Made by a program: the position numbers and the translations under genes. The notes under the pieces were generated by a model. The model searched no databases, was not told where the DNA came from, and saw only the letters and a program-made list of their open reading frames with translations. A stretch of 64,000 bases of DNA from Minisyncoccia bacterium (GTDB taxonomy: Bacteria > Patescibacteriota > Minisyncoccia > Phycocordibacterales > DATDWN01): the NCBI GenBank assembly GCA_049296855.1, contig JBAQTF010000010.1:108610-172609 (forward strand), read 5' to 3'. Of this stretch, positions 46,247-54,906 are shown one piece after another (position 1 is the stretch's first letter; each line of letters begins with the position of its first letter).

Positions 46247-48796
46247 ATGTTTAGAAAAATAACCCAACTAAAATCAGTAGGACATAGCGGTAAAAAATAT
46301 TTCACTCGTGGAGCAATGTCGTTTTTCACTATAGGACTAATACTGGTTATATTTGTGGGAATTTTTAGTCCTGTTGTGAAAATACAAGCACAAGGGATAC
46401 CAGGACAATCATATACAGACATGGGAACTTGTACAGGTAATAATGGAAATTTTAGTGAACGACTGATGCGTGGTGATTGTCAGCAACTGATAGATCAGGG
46501 TATTATTCTTGGAGGAGTGTTCACCCCAGATCCACCTCCACCAGAACCTCCTGCCGCACCAGAACCTCCTAAAACAGACTGTGGTTTTTCTCCATCTACT
46601 TGGACAGATTGTTTCGAAAATGTCATCCAAACCATATTCGTAGCTATACTCAAAATGATGAGTTGGATTACTGGAATCGCTGGTTTACTACTAAACTTTG
46701 TACTGAAGTACACCATTCTAGATATGAAGGTAAATATAGATGGATTAACGGGTATAAACACTGCTTGGAAAATCCTGCGTGATTTGATGAACATTGCATT
46801 TATATTCCTTCTTATATATGAGGGTATAAAAATGATAATAGGACAGAGTAGCACAAATGACGTTAGAAAATTCATCACTGGACTTGTTCTGGCTTCACTT
46901 TTGATAAACTTTAGTTTATTTTTTACCAAAGTGATGATAGATGCATCAAACATTGTTACTATAGGATTCTACCAAGCAATCCTTGTTCCACCTCCCGGTT
47001 CAACTGTTCCTATCGCAGAATATGGGCTCTCTGATCCAATCGCTAGAGCACTGGGACTAGCCGGTTTGTTTGGTGCAACTGGCGATCCAGGTTTTGCTGG
47101 TGGAAACGACATGGGAGGTATACTCATTATGGCTCTTGGATCGGGAATGGTGCTTTTGGTTTCTGCTTTTGTTTTCTTTGCTGTATCTATACTGTTTATT
47201 ATCCGATATATTGCTCTCATAATTCTGATGATGCTATCTCCGATTGCTTATATGGGTATAGCTTTACCTTTTGTAAGTGGTTATGCCAAAGACTGGTGGA
47301 AAGCATTTAATAGTCAGATTATTTTTGGACCAGTCTATATGATTATGACTTGGGTCATACTGACACTTATGTCTAGTCCTGGTTTTGGTATGCAAGGAAG
47401 TTTTGTAAAGTTGTTTAACGATCCAACAAAACCAAGCTTTAGTAACATAGGTCTTCTATTTAATTTTGCTTTAATTATTGGACTTCTCATAGCTTCTCTT
47501 CTTATCGCCAAAAAGGTTTCTTCCAATGGTTCAAATCATATCGCCAATGCAACAAGCAGACTCTCTGCATTTGCTGGTGGAGTGGTAATAGGTGGCGGTG
47601 CAAGACTAATGAGAAACACGGTTGGTAGAGCTGGAGCTGATAGCGCAAACAATGAGGATTTAAAAGAAAGAGCAACGAGAGAAAGATTTGGATTGATAGA
47701 TAAAACCAAGGGAGCTTGGGCCAAAAGCTCACTCGCTGCAGCTAATAAAGCCGCAACAAGTAGTTTTGACGCTCGTGCAACAAGTAGTTTTGAAGGAGTA
47801 GCTAAAGCATCTGGTATGGGTTTTGGAAAAGTTGATGTCAAAAAAGAAAATTTCAAAGCGATTAAAGAAGCTCAAGGAAAAGCTGCTGAAGAAAAAGCAA
47901 AACAATATAAACCAACTGATCTTGCTGTCGAACAAGCTAAAGCAAAACTTAATGAAAAAACTGACGAAGGACAGAAGTTTAGAGATGAAGAGGCGGAGAG
48001 AAAGAGGGCTCATGATATTTATATAAAATCGGATGACTACAAAAATTCTAATGAGTATGAGAATATTCAAAAATTAGAGGATGATAATAGAAGAGATAAA
48101 ATCAAAGTTAGAGATGATAAAGTAGATATCAAATATTCGCAACAAAAACTTGATGACCTAAGAATTAAAATGGACGAATATGCGGAAAATACACCAGAAA
48201 AAACTCAGATTAGAGATAAGATAGATATTCTACAAAAAGAAACTGCCAGAAAACAGGAGTTGCTAAGAGGACTAGAGAATCTTGTTACAAGTCGAGGGGA
48301 TACAATAGATGAGTATGAATTCAACATAGTTAACTATATGTCTGAAGAAAAGAAAGCACTCATTGCAACCGCAGGAGGAACAAAGAACGAGAAAGGCCCA
48401 GGTGGAGTAGATGTGATAAAAGACCAGGCCGGAAATACTGTTGATAGAAAGGTTAAATCTGCATATGAACAAAGAACAGAAGCTACAGCAAGTAGAATTG
48501 AAAACGCTGGACCTATGTGGAGATATGCAGCAAATACTGTTGGAATTGCAGCTAATGTTGTTGGAGTTCCTCTTGTTTCCATTCCAAAAACAAAAGCTGA
48601 CAGAGATGAATTGGCTAGAAGAGTTAGAAAGGCATCGGCTCCGAAAAACGCAGCCCAGCTCCGAAAAGAAGCTGAGAAACTAGAAAAAAAAGAAAGGGTA
48701 GCGAGGGGTGAAAAAGATGAAGATGAGGAAGAAACACCTGAACCAACACCAGCTCCAACACCAACACCAGCTCCAGAAAATCCACCAACAACTTAA
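46247..48796 (+). CDS. VirB6/TrbL-like polytopic membrane protein with a long coiled-coil C-terminal domain
   Basis: It has an N-terminal signal/anchor, a Cys-containing extracytoplasmic loop and about 7 TM helices. The C-terminus is a 400-aa charged coiled-coil that ends in a PT-rich tail. Confidence 0.45.
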   Translation: MFRKITQLKSVGHSGKKYFTRGAMSFFTIGLILVIFVGIFSPVVKIQAQGIPGQSYTDMGTCTGNNGNFSERLMRGDCQQLIDQGIILGGVFTPDPPPPEPPAAPEPPKTDCGFSPSTWTDCFENVIQTIFVAILKMMSWITGIAGLLLNFVLKYTILDMKVNIDGLTGINTAWKILRDLMNIAFIFLLIYEGIKMIIGQSSTNDVRKFITGLVLASLLINFSLFFTKVMIDASNIVTIGFYQAILVPPPGSTVPIAEYGLSDPIARALGLAGLFGATGDPGFAGGNDMGGILIMALGSGMVLLVSAFVFFAVSILFIIRYIALIILMMLSPIAYMGIALPFVSGYAKDWWKAFNSQIIFGPVYMIMTWVILTLMSSPGFGMQGSFVKLFNDPTKPSFSNIGLLFNFALIIGLLIASLLIAKKVSSNGSNHIANATSRLSAFAGGVVIGGGARLMRNTVGRAGADSANNEDLKERATRERFGLIDKTKGAWAKSSLAAANKAATSSFDARATSSFEGVAKASGMGFGKVDVKKENFKAIKEAQGKAAEEKAKQYKPTDLAVEQAKAKLNEKTDEGQKFRDEEAERKRAHDIYIKSDDYKNSNEYENIQKLEDDNRRDKIKVRDDKVDIKYSQQKLDDLRIKMDEYAENTPEKTQIRDKIDILQKETARKQELLRGLENLVTSRGDTIDEYEFNIVNYMSEEKKALIATAGGTKNEKGPGGVDVIKDQAGNTVDRKVKSAYEQRTEATASRIENAGPMWRYAANTVGIAANVVGVPLVSIPKTKADRDELARRVRKASAPKNAAQLRKEAEKLEKKERVARGEKDEDEEETPEPTPAPTPTPAPENPPTT

Positions 48797-48801
48797 AATA
48801 T

Positions 48802-49557
48802 ATGGATAATCAACAAGAAATACCGGAATACATAAAAAATCTACCAAAACCAGTGCAAGATGTAGTTCTTGATGGCGTTTGGGAGAGTAGAACGACTGAA
48901 ATTGCCAAAAAATATGCTCTTAATCCAATTCAGACTGACGGTTTAATAAATTCTGTACTTTTTATTTTAATTGGTCTGGATAAACCTGATGATTTTTTGG
49001 AGAGAATAATTAACGATCTTGGAATATCAAGTCTTCTTGCTGAGCAAATATTGGAAGATGTAAACAATCGAGTATTTGAGTACGCTATAAAAGAAATTGG
49101 TGGTAAAAGTAAATCAGAATTAGCACAAAACATTCCAAGTTCTGTTCCAATTCAATCTAAGACTGTCGAGGGTAGGGTAGAGATAAGACCTGAAAATTTG
49201 CCTAGTAAAAACATCACGACCACGCAAGAAAAACCACCAGCACCAAAATACGTACCAACCTACAAACCAACTGCCACAGTTTTAAACGACCCATCTCTAC
49301 ACCATGAACTACCCAAAGTAGCTCCTGAACCATCACGTATAATATACAAACCCAATGCTTCATCTGAACCCATTCAACAACCAATTCCTGTTCCACGTTT
49401 CGTTCCAAAACCAGTGACAGATATGTCTGCACAGACAGGAACTCTAACTGTACAAACTAGTAAACCACTAGAAACTGTCGCACTAGCTAAGACCGAACAA
49501 AAAGAAAAACCTCCAGAAAGATATACTATCGACCCCTATAGAGAACCAATAGAATAA
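48802..49557 (+). CDS. hypothetical protein with a Pro-rich C-terminal half
   Basis: Only an ORF. It is co-directional with the rest of the cluster. Confidence 0.4.
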   Translation: MDNQQEIPEYIKNLPKPVQDVVLDGVWESRTTEIAKKYALNPIQTDGLINSVLFILIGLDKPDDFLERIINDLGISSLLAEQILEDVNNRVFEYAIKEIGGKSKSELAQNIPSSVPIQSKTVEGRVEIRPENLPSKNITTTQEKPPAPKYVPTYKPTATVLNDPSLHHELPKVAPEPSRIIYKPNASSEPIQQPIPVPRFVPKPVTDMSAQTGTLTVQTSKPLETVALAKTEQKEKPPERYTIDPYREPIE

Positions 49558-49558
49558 A

Positions 49559-49993
49559 ATGAAATACCAAGTACCACAATTTATAGATGTGGAGGACAAA
49601 ATAGTCGGCCCTTTTACTGTAAAACAATTCATTTATGTCGTCGGTGGGGCGGGAATGGCTTTTATTATATACAGATTTCTACCAATATACATATCTGTAA
49701 TACTCTTAGCTGTGACAATCCCTCTTTCTCTAGCACTAGCTTTTTATAAAGTAAATAACAAACCTTTTATTGACTTTCTTGAGTCAGCTTTTCTCTACTA
49801 CACAAAAAACAACTTATACATCTGGAAAAAGGAGGAGAAAAAGATTGCGGAGTCGGAAATCAAAGCGACCAGAATGACACAAGTTCATGTTCCAAGACTT
49901 TCTGACAGTAAATTAAAAGAGCTTTCGTGGTCGCTCGATATTAATGAAAATCTAAATCCACTTACAGGTGATGACGGAAAGAATACCAAATAA
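49559..49993 (+). CDS. PrgI/VirB3-like small membrane protein
   Basis: The protein is 144 aa and has a hydrophobic hairpin (VVGGAGMAFIIY...ILLAVTIPLSLALAF). Its start codon overlaps the stop of the preceding gene, and a VirB4-like gene lies downstream. Confidence 0.4.
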   Translation: MKYQVPQFIDVEDKIVGPFTVKQFIYVVGGAGMAFIIYRFLPIYISVILLAVTIPLSLALAFYKVNNKPFIDFLESAFLYYTKNNLYIWKKEEKKIAESEIKATRMTQVHVPRLSDSKLKELSWSLDINENLNPLTGDDGKNTK

Positions 49994-50070
49994 TTTCTAA
50001 TTTCTAGTTCATTAAAACCGTAGTTTTTAGAAATTGAAAATTAGAAATTACTTTATGTTATAATAAAATC

Positions 50071-50709
50071 ATGACTGCATCTTCAAAAGCAACACAGGAG
50101 TTCGTTCCAATAAAAGAAGTGCGCGACGGCATTATCGTCTTAAAAAGTGGCTCAATGCGAGCTATCGTTCTAGCCTCTTCATTAAACTTCAGTCTAAAGT
50201 CAGAAGACGAGAGAAACGCTATCATATTGCAATTTCAAGATTTTCTTAACTCATTAGACTTTGCAGTACAAATTTCTATAGAGTCCAGACGACTGGATAT
50301 AAGACCGTACTTAGCCCTTTTAGAGGATCGTTACAAAGAACAGATAAATGAACTGATGAAAATCCAGACCAGAGAATACATAGAGTTCGTCAAAAAATTT
50401 ACCGAAACGACAAATATCATGACGAAAAGTTTCTTTGTCGTTGTTTCATATGATCCAGCTATAATAAGCATGAAAAGTGGTATGATGAGCGGTTTATTTC
50501 AGAAAAAGTCTAATGCACAAGAAACCGCTGATAAAAAAGCTGGGTTCGAAGAAAACAAAACTCAACTAGAACAGCGTGTTTCAGTAGTAGAACAGGGCCT
50601 ATCTCGATGTGGAATACGTGTGATAAGACTAGGAACAGAAGAGGTTGTAGAATTGTTCTATAAAATATTTAATCCTGGAGATACGGAGAAACCAATAAAA
50701 GTTAGTTAA
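50071..50709 (+). CDS. hypothetical cytoplasmic protein, possibly an accessory or N-terminal-domain partner of the VirB4-like ATPase
   Basis: A 212-aa ORF lying 9 nt upstream of the ATPase gene. Confidence 0.4.
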   Translation: MTASSKATQEFVPIKEVRDGIIVLKSGSMRAIVLASSLNFSLKSEDERNAIILQFQDFLNSLDFAVQISIESRRLDIRPYLALLEDRYKEQINELMKIQTREYIEFVKKFTETTNIMTKSFFVVVSYDPAIISMKSGMMSGLFQKKSNAQETADKKAGFEENKTQLEQRVSVVEQGLSRCGIRVIRLGTEEVVELFYKIFNPGDTEKPIKVS

Positions 50710-50718
50710 AACAAATTT

Positions 50719-52521
50719 ATGGGAATGTTTGATTTTTTAAAAACAAAAAAAGAAGAATCTCAAATTTCTACTATTCTGCCTCAGACTATTGCTGATTCTT
50801 CTACACTAGAACTGAAAGATATTATTGCTCCAAGTGCCCTAAAAGTCTCCCCAAAGGAGGTCAATCTTGGTGAGAAAGTCCTACGAAGTTTCTTTGTTAT
50901 CTCTTACCCAAGATACCTGTCTGAAAACTGGTTTGCACCAATTATCAATTTAGACAAAGTTTTTGACATTTCCATTTTTATATCACCAATAGAAACGGCT
51001 CAGGTTTTGCGTACCTTTCAAAAAAAAGTAGCTGAAGTTCAGAGCCAGATAAACGCCAGGGAAGCCAAAGGTCTTGTGCGAAACCCAATGCTAGACACAG
51101 CTTATCAGGACCTAGAGAACCTGCGTGATCGACTACAACAAGCTCAGGAGCGTTTATTTGACGTCGGACTATATGTCACTATATACGGAGAATCGGATGG
51201 GGAATTGGACAAAATTGAGTCTGAAATAAAATCCATCCTTGAAGCAAAACTGGTTTATGTAAAACCAGCACTGTTCCAACAGGAACAGGGTTTCAAAACA
51301 ACAATTCCTCTTGGTACTGATGAATTAAAAGTTTACAGTAAACTTAATTCTTCGCCACTTTCATCTCTGTTTCCTTTTGTCTCTTTTGACCTAACATCAG
51401 ACAGGGGAATTCTCTATGGAATAAACAGACACAACTCATCTCTCGTTCTTTTTGATAGATTCTCTCTGGAAAACTACAACTCAATTATATTTGCAAAATC
51501 TGGTTCAGGAAAATCATACTCAACAAAAATTGAGATTCTTCGTACTCTTATGTTTGATACAGATGTTATTGTTATTGACCCAGAAAAAGAATATGAGTAT
51601 TTATCAGAAGCCGTCGGAGGAAGATACTTCAACATTTCACTTAACTCTGAACACCACATCAATCCTTTCGAACTCTCTATTCCTGGAGAAGGAGAATCAT
51701 TCGCTAATGTTTTACGCTCTAACATTATAAATCTGGTTGGGCTTTTCCGTTTGATGATGGGAGGCTTAACCCCAGAGGAAGATGCTATCGTTGACAGGGC
51801 AATAACTGAAACATACGCTTTAAAAGACATCACCGTTGATACAAACTTTGAAAATGTAGAGCCACCACTTATGTCTGACTTTGAACTAGTGCTTTCTGGT
51901 ATGGAGGGAGGAGATTCACTGGCCCAGAGACTGACAAAATACACTAGAGGTACTTGGGCAGGATTTATAAACAGGCCTAGTAATATAGACATAAACAAGA
52001 AATTTGTGGTTTTTTCACTGCGAGATATGGAGGACGAACTCAAGCCTATAGCTATGTACATCATTATGCACTTTATGTGGAATATGATTAGGAAAAAACT
52101 AAAAAAGCGCCTCTTAGTCATTGATGAAGCGTGGTGGATGATGAAGTCGGAAGACACAGCATCTTTCCTACTCTCTCTTGCAAAACGCGGAAGAAAATAT
52201 TATCTAGGACTTGCAACTATCACTCAGGACGTGGATGATTTTATGAAATCCCCATATGGGGTGCCGATTATTACGAACTCTTCTATACAGATTTTACTAA
52301 AACAATCTCCGAGCTCAATAGATAAACTACAACAAACATTTAACCTGACAGATGAGGAAAAATATCTTCTTCTTGAATCAGATGTGGGAGAAGGAATATT
52401 CTTTGCTGGACTAAAGCATGTGGCAATAAAAATTATTGCTTCTTATACAGAGGACCAGATTATAACTTCTGATCCATCACAGATTTTGGCTATAAAAAAA
52501 GCTAAAGCGGATTTGATGTAA
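50719..52521 (+). CDS. VirB4/TraE/PrgJ-like conjugation-type ATPase
   Basis: The N-terminal region (IAPSALKVSPKEV...ISYPRYLSENWFAPIINLD) is typical of Gram-positive VirB4 homologues. It has a Walker A motif (AKSGSGKSY) and a Walker B motif (LLVIDEAWWMM). Confidence 0.75.
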   Translation: MGMFDFLKTKKEESQISTILPQTIADSSTLELKDIIAPSALKVSPKEVNLGEKVLRSFFVISYPRYLSENWFAPIINLDKVFDISIFISPIETAQVLRTFQKKVAEVQSQINAREAKGLVRNPMLDTAYQDLENLRDRLQQAQERLFDVGLYVTIYGESDGELDKIESEIKSILEAKLVYVKPALFQQEQGFKTTIPLGTDELKVYSKLNSSPLSSLFPFVSFDLTSDRGILYGINRHNSSLVLFDRFSLENYNSIIFAKSGSGKSYSTKIEILRTLMFDTDVIVIDPEKEYEYLSEAVGGRYFNISLNSEHHINPFELSIPGEGESFANVLRSNIINLVGLFRLMMGGLTPEEDAIVDRAITETYALKDITVDTNFENVEPPLMSDFELVLSGMEGGDSLAQRLTKYTRGTWAGFINRPSNIDINKKFVVFSLRDMEDELKPIAMYIIMHFMWNMIRKKLKKRLLVIDEAWWMMKSEDTASFLLSLAKRGRKYYLGLATITQDVDDFMKSPYGVPIITNSSIQILLKQSPSSIDKLQQTFNLTDEEKYLLLESDVGEGIFFAGLKHVAIKIIASYTEDQIITSDPSQILAIKKAKADLM

Positions 52522-52541
52522 ATCGTGTTAAAATAAAAGTT

Positions 52542-52970
52542 ATGGGAGACGACGCTAAAATAAAAGACACCACACTATTCCTCATGATTGCCGTGGCACT
52601 GTCTTTTGATTTTTTACAAGCACTTATTGGTTGGATTCCAATAGTAGGCAATATTATGTCTGACCTTATGAGTGTTTTTATCTGTTTAACTTTTGTTTTT
52701 TGGTTTATGATGGTTGGGATAAAGATTAGCCAAAAAAGAATTATGGCTTTGGTTGGTGGAGGAGCGGTTGAAATAATTCCTTTTATAAATATACTACCTG
52801 CTTGGACTGCCGTGGTCGTTTATATTGTGGGCACAACAAGAATCAAAGAACTTACTGCCGAACATCCAAAACTAGCCAGAGGTGCAATGGCTGCTGGGGG
52901 TAAAATAAAAAGTATGGCTAAAGGCAAAACGGAAGAGACCGAATCAGAGACTGCGGAAGTAGTTGCTTAA
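52542..52970 (+). CDS. hypothetical 3-4 TM membrane protein
   Basis: Hydrophobic segments are present. Confidence 0.45.
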   Translation: MGDDAKIKDTTLFLMIAVALSFDFLQALIGWIPIVGNIMSDLMSVFICLTFVFWFMMVGIKISQKRIMALVGGGAVEIIPFINILPAWTAVVVYIVGTTRIKELTAEHPKLARGAMAAGGKIKSMAKGKTEETESETAEVVA

Positions 52971-54045
52971 TGTGCATAAATATATAGTGAAAAGTAGGTG
53001 CTATGGTACAATTAGGCTAATGAGAATTTCTATTTTTTCATTGTTAATTCTATGCTTACTCTTCTTCTTTAGTTTTGACGTAAACGTACGAGCCGAAGAC
53101 ACGGTAATGGCTAAAGACAAGATAAATGTCGAGTTAATCCCAGCAATCCCTAAAGCACATGAAATTGTCACTGCTTTTCTAACAAGCTTTATGACGAACA
53201 TAAATGCAGCTGATATCACTTGGAAAATAGATGGTAAAACTCAAAAAACTGGGACTGGTGAGACAAAATTTCAATTTACTTTGAGTAGTATAAATACAAC
53301 CACCAATCTGGAAGTTACAGTCATCACAGCAGAAGGTGAAACTGTAGTAAGTGAGTATAGTATAAAACCTGCTGATATTGACTTGATTTGGCAAGCAAAA
53401 AGTTTTGTCCCACCTTTTTATAAGGGTAAGGCTATTTTTAGTCATCAAAACGAGATTACTTTCGTAGCCGTACCACACATTGCTTCTGGTAGTGGAGAAA
53501 TCCCCGCAAAAAATCTAATCTATAAATGGTCAAAAGACGGCAGAGTGTTAGAAAGTGATTCTGGGTACGGAAAAAACACATTGACTATGACTGGACCGAT
53601 CATATCTCGACCATTCACTATATATGTAGAAGTAACAACACTAAATACACCGGACAAAGGTTTTTCTTTTACAAATATAACTCCAGCCTTACCGTCCATC
53701 GTTTTTTACAAAAAAGATCCACTTTATGGAATTGAATTTCAAAAAGCTTTAAGTGGTATTATAGATATGGGCAATCTAAGTGAGATGGTTATTATTGCAG
53801 AACCTTTTTTCTACGGGACTACAAATGCTGGGGCATCTGAGTTAACATATAAATGGACTGTTAATGGAACAGTTGTAAACAGTGATCCGCGACAAACAGT
53901 GCAAGTCTTTAGAGTAAAAGAAGGGACTTATGGAACTTCAAACATTTCTCTATCGATTGAAAATAGCCTTAAAATATTTCAGTATGTTTCGAGTAATTTT
54001 AAATTAAAGTTTGGAAAATCAACAACAGAAAATGTAGCTTTTTGA
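52963..54045 (+). CDS. hypothetical secreted beta-rich protein
   Basis: It has a signal peptide (from about 53020) and no known motif. Confidence 0.45.
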   Translation: MLNVHKYIVKSRCYGTIRLMRISIFSLLILCLLFFFSFDVNVRAEDTVMAKDKINVELIPAIPKAHEIVTAFLTSFMTNINAADITWKIDGKTQKTGTGETKFQFTLSSINTTTNLEVTVITAEGETVVSEYSIKPADIDLIWQAKSFVPPFYKGKAIFSHQNEITFVAVPHIASGSGEIPAKNLIYKWSKDGRVLESDSGYGKNTLTMTGPIISRPFTIYVEVTTLNTPDKGFSFTNITPALPSIVFYKKDPLYGIEFQKALSGIIDMGNLSEMVIIAEPFFYGTTNAGASELTYKWTVNGTVVNSDPRQTVQVFRVKEGTYGTSNISLSIENSLKIFQYVSSNFKLKFGKSTTENVAF

Positions 54046-54062
54046 TAATATACGACTAAACC

Positions 54063-54905
54063 ATGCAAACTCTATTTACAACAACAGCCCGTCTAACTCT
54101 AGGTCTCCTCATATGTCTTTGTCTGTTTACTACTGTATATGCCACGGATTATGCTGTTTTAGTTAACCTTCCAGGGGTTGGAGCAACAACAAATTTAACC
54201 TCATATGTTCCTGCAATTTTTAAACTCTCCATGGGTATAGCGGCAGCTATGGCTTTTGCTGTACTTACATTTGGTGGAATCGTATATGCAACGTCAGATG
54301 CTATTTCAGGAAAAGATGACGGCAAAAGATATATGGAAAATGCGATTTGGGGACTACTTCTAGTTATTGGGGCTTATGCTATTTTGTGGACAATAAATCC
54401 ACAAATTCTTTCTTTTGAACTAACACTTAAAGCACCAGAAATCAAAGCAGGAGCTTCAAATGTCTCCGACCAAGGAACACCATTAGATGCAGATCAACTA
54501 GGTGATGATGCTCGTATAAGATCCTACTTATCAACAAACGGTGTTTCTGTTAACAGTCCCGCTTGTACAGCAGGAAATACTATTGGATGTACTAATGTAA
54601 ATGCACTCCCTCCTAATGCACAGGCAGCACTTATATACATAAAGGCGAATTGTTCCTGTTCTGTAGTAATAACGGGTGGAACAGAAGGTGGACATAAATC
54701 ACACGGACCCAACCTAGCAGTAGTTGATTTGAGAGCTGATGTTAATTTAAATAAATATATTAATGGAGATGCTAACACACCACCAAACAACACCACTATT
54801 CAAAAGAACGTTAATGGTGCTAATGTACAATTTACATTTGAAACTACTGGTGGTGGTACGGGAGGTACATCATCAGGGCCACATTGGCACACAGTAATAA
54901 ACTAA
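54063..54905 (+). CDS. TrbC/VirB2-like pilin with a C-terminal extension of about 150 aa
   Basis: It has a long signal peptide, two hydrophobic helices separated by a short charged loop, and a Gly/Thr-rich tail. Confidence 0.45.
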   Translation: MQTLFTTTARLTLGLLICLCLFTTVYATDYAVLVNLPGVGATTNLTSYVPAIFKLSMGIAAAMAFAVLTFGGIVYATSDAISGKDDGKRYMENAIWGLLLVIGAYAILWTINPQILSFELTLKAPEIKAGASNVSDQGTPLDADQLGDDARIRSYLSTNGVSVNSPACTAGNTIGCTNVNALPPNAQAALIYIKANCSCSVVITGGTEGGHKSHGPNLAVVDLRADVNLNKYINGDANTPPNNTTIQKNVNGANVQFTFETTGGGTGGTSSGPHWHTVIN

Positions 54906-54906
54906 T

